Assembly (NCBI GenBank): GCA_050084515.1
Contig: CM114271.1
Span: 25,048,001-25,112,000 of the forward strand
Origin: Blasia pusilla
Lineage: Eukaryota
Direction of reading: 5' to 3'
Length of the DNA: 64,000 nucleotides
The translations under genes and the position numbers were made by a program. The notes beneath the pieces are model-generated. The model did not search any database and was not told the DNA's origin. It worked only from the letters and a program-made list of their open reading frames with translations. Shown here piece by piece: positions 13,735 through 25,279 of the stretch. Position 1 is the first letter of the stretch. Each line of letters begins with the position of its first letter.

Positions 13735-16700
13735 TGTGGAAAATTGTTAAACAAGTGTAATTGCATGAAAGCAACTCTCATACACACATACCACCATCGA
13801 GAACAAAATTTGTAATGAGAGAATGAGTGAAAGCTGGTCCTTTTTTCAACTATATAGGATATGTACAAACAACCCTAACCCTATCCTTAACCATAGTCTC
13901 GAGTTAGACTAATTGTGATTAACTAACCCTAATTATGATAATCGTGCTTAATTGACTAACCAAGATTAAACTTCCCTACTTTGTGTGAATACCAAATGTA
14001 GTAGTTCAGGTGTCTCATGAGCTTAATTATAACTCAAATTTCAATACTCCCCCTCAAGCTCATATCGATATCTCTAACGTCTAAATCCTTTCTAAACATC
14101 TCAAACTTATCTCTAGACAATGCCTTTGTAAAGATGTCAACAATTTGTTGATCTGTACCTATATACACAAGATCGATTTCTCCTCCAAATACTTTCTCTC
14201 TGATAAAATGATAGTGCACCTCAACATCCTTTATACGAGCATGAAACACAGGGTTATTAGCAAGCTTGATGTTACTAATATTGTCTGCATATATTACACT
14301 AAGTCTTAAGTTACTAACACCAATCTTAGCAAGTACTTGATGAAGCCACTTCGCCTCACATGCTGCATTTGTTGCTCCTTTGTACTCAGCCTCTGTTGAA
14401 GATAAAGCAAATGTAGGTTGCATCTTTGAAGCCCAACTTATAGCTGGGCTTCCCAAAGTAAATGAATAACCAGATGTGGAGTGTCAATCAGACACGCTTC
14501 CTGCGCAATCAGCATCCGTGAATCCCTGTAATTGAAAACTCGAAGAAGGTTCAAATTGAAGCTCAAATTCAATAGAGAATTTCACATAGCGCACAATCCT
14601 CCTCACGACATCAAGGTCAGGTTTTCGAGGTGCTTGCATAAACTGACTCACTACGCCAATAGCATAGCTCAAATCTGGTTTGGTTATAGTTAGATAGATC
14701 AAACTTCCAACCATGCGCCTGTACATATTAGAAACTGCAAGCAGTTCTCCTTCATCCACTCTTAGCTTCACGCTTTGGTCCAACAATGTAGAGATTGGCT
14801 TACAAGTCGTCATACCATATTTTGAAAGCATATGAAGAGCATATTGTCGTTGTAGTAACCACATGCTCTCTCCAACCTTGATAAACTCAATACTAAGGAA
14901 GTACTTGAGTTCTCCCAAATCCTTCATATCAAATTCTGCTTGTAACTTAAGCTTGACTTGTACCATTTCTTCAGTACTCCCAGTAATCAAGAGATTATCA
15001 ACATACAACATAATGAGAACTGTGTGATCTTGTCCTCTCAAGACATATAACGAGGAGTCAGAATAACATACCCAAACCCAACTCTTGTAGGACGTATGTA
15101 ATCTTGCCATACCAAGCTCTTGGAGCTTGTTTGAGCGCGTAAAGAGCTTTCTTCAACTTGCATACGCGAAATGGAAACTTGGGATGCTCGTATCCATGTG
15201 GTTGAGTCATATATACCTCCTCATATAGATTTCCATTCAAGAAGGCATTCTTGACATCCATGTGATGTAATCTCCACTTCTTACTTACTACAACTGCAAC
15301 CACTATTCTCGTAGTCGCCATCTTTGCAACATGGCTAAATGTTTCCTCATAATCGATACCATATTATTGTGCATAGCCCTTAGCCACCAATCTCGCTTTG
15401 TATATGTTAATTGTACCATCTTGATTGCGCTTGATTTTGTAAACCCATTTGCAACCAATAGCTTCCTTACCATAAGGTATATCAACCAGCTCCCATGTTT
15501 GTTGATGTCTTAATACAACAAGCTCTTCCTCCATAGCTTCAATCCATTCGACTTTACTCGCAGCTTCTTCAAAATAACTCGGCTCTTGCTCTTGAAGGGT
15601 AGTCATCATATATGCATGATGTGTCATTTATGAATCTATGAACTGGATGTGTAACTCTACTTGATCTACGAAGTTGTTATTCAGAGGTAGATGCCTCTAA
15701 CACTTGACTCGAGCTCTGACTAGTGTCAACAGACTGAATATGTACTCTTCCCGTCCATGGACTCACAGATTTAACCGATGAATCTAGGACCTCTCCTAAT
15801 CTTGCACTAGTACTTGGGGAAGTTGAAGACAATGCTTGTTGGTTTATAGTCATATTCTCCCCTCTACAGACAAGTTTAGAGGTGAAATGGGCTCAGATGG
15901 AGCAAACCATGACTTTGGCTCATCAAAAACAACATCTCGACTAATAATAAGCTGCCTAGAGGATGGAATGTAGCACTTATACCCCTTAGTTCCATCAACA
16001 TAGCCAATAAAGATACATCTTTTAGACTTGGGGTCTCATTTTTGATATCTCTTAGAAGGATCATGAGCATAAAAAATACAGCCAAATACTTTCAAGAAGG
16101 AAAAATCAAGTTTACTTCTTATGAAGACTTCGGATGGAGTTTTATCATGAACTCATGTTGTTGGAGTTTGGTTGATTAAGAAAACTGCATATGCTACAGC
16201 CTCTGCCCAATACACCTTAGGCATGTTCTTCTCATTCAACATAGTTTGTGCCGCTTCAAAAATATACCGATTCTTCCTCTCAGCCACTCCATTTTTTTGT
16301 GGAGTGTAACGGCAAGTCACTTGACGTTGGATGCCATTCTAACATAAATAGTCATCAAACTCTGTTGAAAGATACTCTCCTCTTCCATCACAATGCAATT
16401 TCAGAATATGTTGTCCAACCTGCTTCTCTACTAGAACTCTGAATGTTTGGAACACTGAGAATACCTCTGACCTGGTTTTTAGAAAGTATACCCATATATA
16501 CGTAGAGAAGTCATCAATAAATGAAACAAAGTACAGGAAACCACTAAGGCTATGTTGTGATGTTGTCCACACATCACTGTGGATCAACTCCAATATCTTG
16601 GATGCTCTTCAACCTTGCTTTGGAAAATGAAATCTAGTTTGTTTTCCAAATTGGCAAGCATGACATACCTCTAACGTAGCAAGACTCGCTAATTTAGGGA

Positions 16701-18916
16701 GTCCTATTACTATATTAGATGATGAAAGACTCTGTAATCTTTGAAGATTCATATGTCCGATTCTTTTATGCCACACATTTAGATCTGTGACTTGTTGGCC
16801 GATTTGACCATACATTGGTGTTTGAATCTCTGGCATAGAAACATCTAATTTGAACATTTTTCCAGATCTAGTTCCTTTGGCTATCTTAGTCTGGTCATCC
16901 ATTGTTTCAATGAAATAACCATATGCGTTAAACTTCACTTGATAACCTTGTTCTACTATCTGTCCTACAGAGATCAGATTTCTTGCAACGGTAGGAACAT
17001 AAAGAACATTTCCAAGAGCACAAACACCATCTGATGCTATTGGAACTTTACCGGTATGCGTGATATGATGTTGAGTGTTATCTCTTATGAGCACAATTGC
17101 AGGATCTTTCACCGGCTCCAAACTACTGAACCATTTAGCTTGTGAGGTCATGTGATTTGATGCACCAAAGTGAATGTACCAATATGTTGTCGAGTTATTC
17201 TTGACCATTGCTCCCATATGATGAGTCATGACCAAGAGATGCTCCGTTTATGAATGTTTTTGTTCTTGGTACCGCTCTTGGTGTTGTTGCTCCACATAGT
17301 TTTGTTGTTGTAAGGCTCCTGTTCTCATATCTACCTTCTTCTTGAAACAAAACTTTGCATAGTGACCCTTTATCCCACAGTAATTGCAAGATCTAGGGAC
17401 CCTCTGTTGCTGACCTCCATCCCAACGGTTTCCACCATCACCACCTTGTGATTGTCTCTAGTACTAGTTCGTAGTTGATTGAGTGACGTTATATTGAGTG
17501 CCTCTTCCTCCATATGCTTGATATCCACCACGACCACAAAAGTTTCTGCCATGACCCCTGCCTTGATTGGATACTTCTCTCTCATAGATAGAGGTCTCTA
17601 AGGACTTGTAATCTTTTGGAAGGCCTTGAAGAGTGAATAAAATCAGATCATCATCTTCTAATGTCATTCCAATGTTATTCAACTGATTAACAATATGTTT
17701 GATACTCAAAATATAATCATTGATGCTCTGCGATTCTTTCTTCACTTCGTTCAATTGTTGTTTCAATTGAAGCTTTCTGGCCTTTGTAGATGTCTGGAAC
17801 ATCTTTTCCAATGCATCCCAGGTCTCCTTCGGAGTATCAACATCTTGGATGTGATCTATCATTGGCGAACTGATCGTTATTGAAATGTAGTGGATTACTT
17901 GCCTTGGCGCGTTTGTTCCAAGCGCGAACATTCAAGTTTGTTGAGTCACTTTCTGGTTTGGCCTGATCACCTGTGACAAGCTCCCATAGTTCTTGACCCA
18001 TGAGAAATTTTTTCATGCGAAACTTCCAGACATTGAAATTCTGCTTGTCTAGCTTCTCGCCTATGATTGTTGTTGAGGAATACTCCATGATAAACGATTT
18101 CACTCACAAAAACGTAATTTCAGGCTTTCTACTACTCCAATTGAAGCATAGACCACTCTTACACAGAAATTGATCTGAAATTTACCAAAATTGATCAACT
18201 GTATAAAAGAACTAGTCGAAATTGGCATGTAGAGAGCAAACTGCAGAACTTTTCTTCACTAATTGCACTTTCTTACACTAAAATTGTTACTACATGAGCT
18301 CAGAGTGTCAGAATTGAGCAATTTTGGATGCGTTGGAAAGCTCTTGACAAGCTCTACAAGATTGAAAGAACCATTTTTCAGTGTCATTCTAGACGAAGCG
18401 CACACAGACGGCTGAATTGACCGGGAAAGCCCTAAAAAAAAACTCCAAAGTTTTATCACCGTCAAAGCTGCACCTGAAATCTACATCCACTGAGCTCTGA
18501 ATATAATTTTCTTTTCCCAAACTGAAAGTGTGCCTTCTCTTGCATCTCTTCTCCCTTCAAACACCAAGAATTTCAAGTGATGTTCTCCTCCCGCTCTGAT
18601 AGCATATGGAAAACTATTAAACAAACATAACTGGTGGAAAACGGTTCTCACACACACATACCACTATGGAGAACGAAATTTGCAATGAGAGAATGAGAGG
18701 AGGCTGATCCTCTTCTCAATTATATAGGATATGTACAAGCAACCCTAACCCTACCCTTAACCATAGTCTGGAGTTAGACTAACTGTGATTAACTAACCCT
18801 AATTAAGATAATAATGTTTAACTGACTAACCAAGATTAAGCTTCCCTACTCTGTGTGAGTACCAAATGTAGTAGTTCAGGTGTTTCATGAGCTTGATTGT
18901 CACTCAATCTTCAATA
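13735..18916 (-). mobile_element. Full-length but degenerate Ty1/Copia LTR retrotransposon
   Basis: 312-bp LTRs at 13735-14046 and 18605-18916. tRNA-iMet-type PBS TGCTATCAGAGC (18593-18604, minus); PPT GAGGGGGAG next to 14047. Minus-strand order gag (CNYC..GH...C knuckle), PR (WYIHFGASNHM), IN (IHSDVW), RT (YVDN), RH (SSTEAEY). Degenerate TSD AATTA/AGTCA. Confidence 0.93.
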
Positions 18917-21900
18917 AGTCATAGATCATAACTAAGTCATTTTGCCCAATCCAAATGATGAATATAGCTAAGTCATAATTTATCATTGCCATGTGTCAAC
19001 ACATCATTTGTTTTCTTCAAGTCATTGCCATGTCACGTATTGACATGGCAATCGGAATATATGACTACATTCTATCATACGTTGATTGATGACGTGTCAC
19101 TCATTGTTAATAATGACTTGTCAAAATAATGACTAGATTTATCCCAAAATGACTCTAGTCATGGCATGGTATATAACTAGGTTTTTATGACTCCATGAGT
19201 CATCAGTCATTGTCAGTCATTTATGGATATGTATGACTAACATAAGTCATATGAGCCTGTCATAAAAACCAAGATTTGTTCTAGTGCATCTCGACGAATG
19301 GCCGAAGGTAAATATGGCTCTCAGCCATAAAGTAGCAAATACGGTGAAAAAAACGCTAAGGATGCTTTCCTGCTGAATCTGTATCCCATCGCCAACCACG
19401 GAAACTAGAGGTCCCAATCTCCTAGGTGACCTCTCTGCAAGCCATACTTGCGTAAACCCCTCTTCACCGTCTGCACAACTCTCTCCACTAATCCATCCGC
19501 CTCGGGATGATCTCGCGAAGTTGTGCGGTGATCGATCAACGCCTGATCATACATGGCTTGGAACTCATCGCAAAACTCGGTAACTTGGTCTGTCAACACC
19601 TCAGCCGGTGCGCTATAATGACTCAACACTCTGTCAAGGAAGGCATAAGCTACTCCCTCACTCTCTTTGTCAGGAAATGCAACCAACTTGATCCACTTTG
19701 AGAAGTGCTCGACCATCACCAACACATAACAACTCTGACGCTCTGTCAAAGGCAAAGATCCTGAAAAATCCAAACTCCATCTATACCCTAAGCCCATGAT
19801 TGGTAATGGATGCAACTGTGGAGTCAGAGCATTGAACGATGCTCGGATCCAATCACAAACCATGCACCAGACAACATATTGCTGAACGTCAGCTTGTATG
19901 CCTCGCCACCAATACTAAATCTGGAGCAAGTTGTATGTCCGTTGCATCCCAAAGTGTCCCAACTCCTTGTGGGCATGCTGCACTAGTCATGCTCTCTGCA
20001 AAGGATGCAGCACTACGCGTACTCTACCATCCTCCCAAACCCTCAAAACATGTGTCCCCTCCCAGCGGAACTGTCTGGCCCACTGAAGGATCCGATCCCG
20101 CTCTCTAACATCCACGGTGCTCGCAACGCTGCCAGTACGAAGGTACTCCAAGACTACTCCATCATCAAGAATATCTCGGCCACCTGTCGTCTCCTCACTA
20201 GCCTCGGGATCTAAGGACTCTCCACTAGACCTCGCCATCGAAGTCTCCACACTCTGGCTGTCCATAGACAACATGCCTAAATAGGTTGACGCGTGCCATC
20301 CTGGCATTAACTCCTCGTCACTCTCTCCATGCCATCGAGCTCCACTTGCATCTCACTGACTCGAGCATGGGTTACAACTCAACCCATTTGCATCCTGGTT
20401 TAGCGTCGCAGGTCTATGTACCACCTAAAAATCATACTCCTGCAACAATAGAGCCCATCTTGCAAGCTTCCCTGTAAGCTTGTCGGACTCCATCAACCAC
20501 TTCAGTGGTGATGATCATTGATGATGGTAAAGGGGTTGCCGAATAAGTAACACCTGAAATGCACGACAGCCCACACCACAGCCAAGCACTCACCCTCATA
20601 CGAGCTGTTCTTTTCCTCTACAGCGTTGTTCGAGCGGCTAGCATAACCCACCACAAACTCTCTACCCTCATCATCATGCAGGGTGAGCACCGCTCCAAGC
20701 CCCAACATGCTCCAATCTGTGTGCAACTGGAAAGGACGCCCCCTGATCGGTCTCTTCAAGATGGGCGCGGACGTCAAAGTATCCTTGAGCAACTAAAATG
20801 CTCGCTCCTGCTCATCCCCCTAGTGACACTCGTGATCCACCTTGGTCAAAAGGTCAGCGGCTTTGCAATCGAACTGAATCCCTTAAAGTATCGCCGATAG
20901 AAGTTCGCCAATCCCATGAATGCGCAGACACGGCTCACATGTGTAGGTTGTGGAATGCGTGAGATAGCATGTACCTTCATCTGCTTAACACCAAGGCCCC
21001 CTGGGTATATGGTATGACCCAAGTACTAGATGTCGCTCATGCTCCTCTAGATGTCGCTCATGCTCCTCTAGATGTCGCTCATGCTCCTCAACCTTCGCGC
21101 TAAAGAGTATGATGTCATCAATATAACACCTAGCAAAATCCAGACCTTCCAAGATCATATCCATGACCCTCTGAAACTCAACCGGGGCGTTCTTTAATCC
21201 AGATGGTAAGAACCGCCACTGGTACAAACAATCCTTCTTGTGAGGATCGATGCCCCAAAATGCCGTCTTTTGCTTGTCCTCCAATCTGATAGGCAGTTGA
21301 TCGTATCCGGCTCGCAAATCCAATGAACTGAAGATCTTTGCGTTACCAATCGTATCAAAGATCTCCTCAGGGGTGGGCATGGCATATCTATCAGACTTCG
21401 TCTGCTGAGTGATAGGTCAGTAATCCCCACATATCCGCCTATCCGTCCAGTTGCCATGCACATCCTTCTTGGCGGGCATGACAGTGGCAGATGCATACTC
21501 CCCATGTGACATCTCCACTAGTCCTACTCCGACCAAGTCATGGCTCCTACTCTGAATCAGAGCCCTCTCCATATCACTGTACCTGTAGGATCGTCGGAAG
21601 ATCGGCGTATCACTCGATAAATCAATGCGGATCCCCGGTCCCTTCAGCGTACCCAAATCCTCCATGCTAAACGCAAGGCAACTCCTATAACTCTTGAGGA
21701 ACTAATGTATCCAGCGCCGCTCTCCTCTTGTCAACTTAGGGCCCATATCTGACTCCCAAGTCTCCATCGTGACTACGATAGGACTCTCCGGCGTGGGTAT
21801 CGGTGGTTGCTATGGTGCAACCCCATCTCAAACAACAACACTCGGCCGCTCTCCTATAGCCAACTGCAAACTTTGATCTCCTCCACGTGCAGTGCCCGGA

Positions 21901-22119
21901 ACCATGCTCGATGTTGTGGCTATCATCTCTTGGCGTACCTGCAAAACATCCCAAGAAGTCCAAGGGTGTCTCTCCCAATCTCCTCTAGTGTGTAGATCTC
22001 CTCGGGTCTGCCCCCAGCCACTGCCTCCACTGTCTCGGTAGGCATGGGGCTCACCAACGCAACCGTTTTGATCTGTCGCAATCTTATACGATGCTGCTCA
22101 GCCTCTCTCAAGCTCATGA

Positions 22120-23060
22120 TCCATGTGAAGCAGTTAAGGTCCATCGCCTAACCCAAGACATGGCGTCATGATGCCTCTAACACTGACGGTAATCTCGTCA
22201 CTCCTGTGGGAAATCCCATCGCTCGCTCTCTCTCATCGGCGTTGGGCTCCATCCACAGCTTAACCCGGTCATCCCAAACCAAGCCACGACCGGCCTCCTT
22301 GTATGCATAGGAAGCGGGAAAACTCACAAACGTGGGCAAGGTTGCCCACGGACTACCTACCCTGTTGACCACAGTCAACGGTGGTCGATCATCGTGCCTC
22401 ACTGCCTATGATCAACGACCTGGATCCAGAATGGAATCCACTAACAAATGGGAGGGGCGCTCCACTCTCGCATACGCCCTCCGTAACACTGCATGGGGCA
22501 CCAAGTTGGTCCACCATAGACGCTGGCGATTTGCTCTAGAACCTACACTCACCATATCCAAGAACACTGTTGGGCCGATCCAAGCAGGAACCTAATGAGC
22601 ACTCGTCACCACCCATGACCTGGAGTCTCCTAAGATTGGCACATTCTCCAGAATGTAGGCTGGAGAATGAGACTGATGCTCTTGCAACTGCCGTAAGATC
22701 CTCAACATCTCCCAAAACAACATGGACCGAGTGTCAGCCAAACCGCTGCCTCGTCCAACACTTGATTGGCCCTGACATGGCCAACCGGAAATGACCAAAT
22801 CAATGGTCCCTACGTGCTCCAAGTCTTGCGTCCCCAGCAACGAAATATCTCTCGGTAGGGAACTCTGGTACCCTTGTACCACAGAAGCAGACAATAAGTC
22901 CGGAAAACGTAGGCATAATTGCGCCACATGTTGTAGTGAGATGCGTCTCACAACATCATCACACTCCATATACAAGTTCTCCTGCACTCGCACTTTTGCC
23001 TGCAAAACAGCAGCTAACCCGGTGCTAATCCCTCCAAAGAGATCTAACACTCGAATACCC
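22120..23060 (-). pseudogene. C5-cytosine DNA methyltransferase domain within Gypsy pol
   Basis: Motif I IRVLDLFGGIS, motif IV IDLVISGWPCQG (catalytic PC), motif VI YILENVP, motif IX ERERAMGFP, motif X-like LG*AMDLN. Interrupted by stops. Confidence 0.9.
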
Positions 23061-24541
23061 TCCTCCGGGATACACCACACAATGGGTGTGGTATCCAATG
23101 GTGTCATTATAGCACTCCCTACTACCTCGGGTTCCTTAGACCCGTCATGCTCTGGTGCAAATGCCTCGCTCCATGCGGTTTGCACGTGCTCATCTGCCAA
23201 TCGTCGAAGCTGCTCAATCGAGCCCACATCGGCACCTCTCCTCGACAGAATGATGCGACTACCATAACACTCCTCTTCATAGAAATGTCAGGAAGGGGTG
23301 TATCCTCTGGATAGACATGTCCCTCAATCAAATCACTAGGCCAACTGATGGCATTGCTAAATGCTGCTAAGGTTGCCACCTCTCCTAGCCGTCGCTCGAT
23401 CACTGCACATGTGAATCAAACGGGTAATGAGCTAAGACGCCCATCACCTGACTGCCATTCTGGTGTGTAAGACGCTGACTCCTCCCCGTAATCTAGGGAA
23501 AACCCCATCGGGTATAACACTGCTCCACCAACCAAGACGTCCTAGGACTCTGCATTAGTCACTATCGCCTTGGCTCGCACCACGGACTCATCTGTAGGAT
23601 GTCCCAAGCGAATCCTCACCACGACCTCCTGTCGGGTGATATACCGTGTGGTACTTGCTCCACGTAAGGATGTCTGTATCTGAAATGAACAACGCTCCAC
23701 ATTGGCTCTCGTCAAGCCCAATCCTGTGAATGACGCTTTCCCCAACATCAGGGGTTGCGCTCCTAAATCCAACAAGACACGCTGCGGACTAAAAGCTCTA
23801 CCTCCGGAACTCACCAACTGGAAGACCTCTCCTCGGTCATCCAACATCACAACACCAGAAGAAGCCATGGCACTCTCTATCACGGGTCTAGCGGGCATCT
23901 CCGCCATCCTAGCATCCGTAGCCTACCATGAATCTCACGTGGACGGCTCGAGCATCCGCTCCAAGGGAAGTTCCATCACCTCCTCTGCAATCATCTCTGA
24001 ATGTGATGCAGGAACCCCAACTCCGCGCTCACATTGTGAAGCGGCCAGCTGAAAAGCCTCGGCGGGCGTACCTCCCAACATCATAACATTGGAAGCAGAA
24101 AATAAAGGCGTGCGGTACACAACGGTGGTCGCCCCCAACAATATGCTCGACACATGATCCTCCTGAGCATCAACAATAGAAGTCGTCGTACTCGCTTGTC
24201 CCATCGTCCTCCGTGGTTGCACACCAACAACATTACCAACTCTCCAGCAACTTTGATGAGGATCCATCAATGGGATCCTCATTGCTTCGGACAATGTGAA
24301 AGATTGAGAAAGCCTAGTCTATTTTCAAGCTTCCCCTCGCTGTGGATCCAACTTTGCGGCTGATCCACACGTCACAACTGCGGCGGCCTCCATTTGGGCG
24401 ACCCCGTACATCCAACCAGGATCCTCTATATCTCTAGCTGCTCCATATGATGTCGATGCCACGAATCTGGCATCGGATAACCTCAATGCCATAGCGGCAA
24501 TCTGCTCCTATAGCTGCTGTATCTGGGGGCTGGTATTCTGG

Positions 24542-24720
24542 CAGGAGAGAGGAGAGGAAGAGAGGAGAGTCTCTCTTCAAAAAAAAGGGCCAAATCCGCC
24601 TCCTCTCTTCAAAACTTTTTGACATATTTGAAATTTTTGTTTGCTTTCAAATTCATGAAATCTTTAGAAGAGAGTATTTAGTGGTCCACATTTGGCCCTA
24701 AAAAAACCTCCTCTTTCCTG
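24542..24720. repeat. Small foldback/MITE-like sequence at the junction where Gypsy gag is interrupted
   Basis: CAGGAGAGAGGAG...AGGGCCAAAT pairs with ATTTGGCCCT...CTCCTCTTTCCTG. No clean TSD. Confidence 0.45.
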
Positions 24721-25279
24721 GGGGCGAGAAAAAAGGAGACATCATAAGACCACTACAAACATTTTTCCATCACTCTCCATGTGAGCCTAAGTTTCTTAAC
24801 ATTCCCCGTCTCGGTCAACAAAAATCAGTGCCCTTGGTATTTTTGTTGGAGGACCACCCGGATGCCAACCTCTCTTTTTGCAGGGGTTGCCTGCATCATG
24901 GCCTCCCCTAAATTGCCCCATAACCAACTTTTTTTTGGTTATGAATGGTGTCTGCTCAAGACCAACTTTGTGAAATGTGAACACATCAGATGCTAAGGCT
25001 GAGAAACCGAGAAGTTGCACCCCTCCCAACCCATAAGAAAGCTCACCATAAGAAAGGAAAGATTTTTAGAAGTGATTTTCTTCCACCCTGCACCCACGAC
25101 GATCTAACAGGTTGGGAATCCAAAATGGCAATCCGACAGGTAGTAGGAATCCTGTACATCTTAGACAAGAAAAGAAGCCTACAACTGGTTTGACGAATGA
25201 AGGGAACGGCAAAAGTCAAGAAGCTCGCCACAATGCGTCGGTTGGTCTCACCGGGATAGAGTCCGATCACTCAAGCAGT

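Larger units (their letters stand above)
3709..19286. mobile_element. Non-autonomous CACTA (EnSpm) element carrying gene fragments and nested retroelements
   Basis: Left terminus CACTAGAAGAAA at 3709; right terminus TTTGTTCTAGTG ends at 19286. The 3-bp TSD CAT lies at 3706-3708 and 19287-19289. ATGACT/AGTCAT subterminal repeats occur at about 3730-3990, 13320-13730 and 18917-19265. No transposase seen inside. Confidence 0.9.
2184..24541 (-). mobile_element. Ty3/Gypsy LTR retrotransposon, gag-PR-DNMT-RT-RH-IN-PHD, interrupted by CACTA 3709-19286; 5' end not in window
   Basis: Minus-strand order: gag-like (about 23935-24541), protease RVLLDLGA (23542-23907), C5-MTase (about 22120-23060), RT YIDD (about 20985-21720), RNase H HTDWS...YEGECLAVVWAV (20502-20792), integrase WSLDF...VLTDQ...DGLVER (19405-19863). 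Integrase continues at 3433-3705 once the CACTA is removed. Confidence 0.9.

Noticed and set aside
13870-13935. Telomere-like ACCCTAA motifs (also about 18741-18805)
   Set aside because: Only a few degenerate units inside the Copia LTRs, not an interstitial telomere array.
21028-21088. EEHERHL x3 repeat in RT
   Set aside because: Local 21-bp slippage duplication beside a deletion in a dead element.
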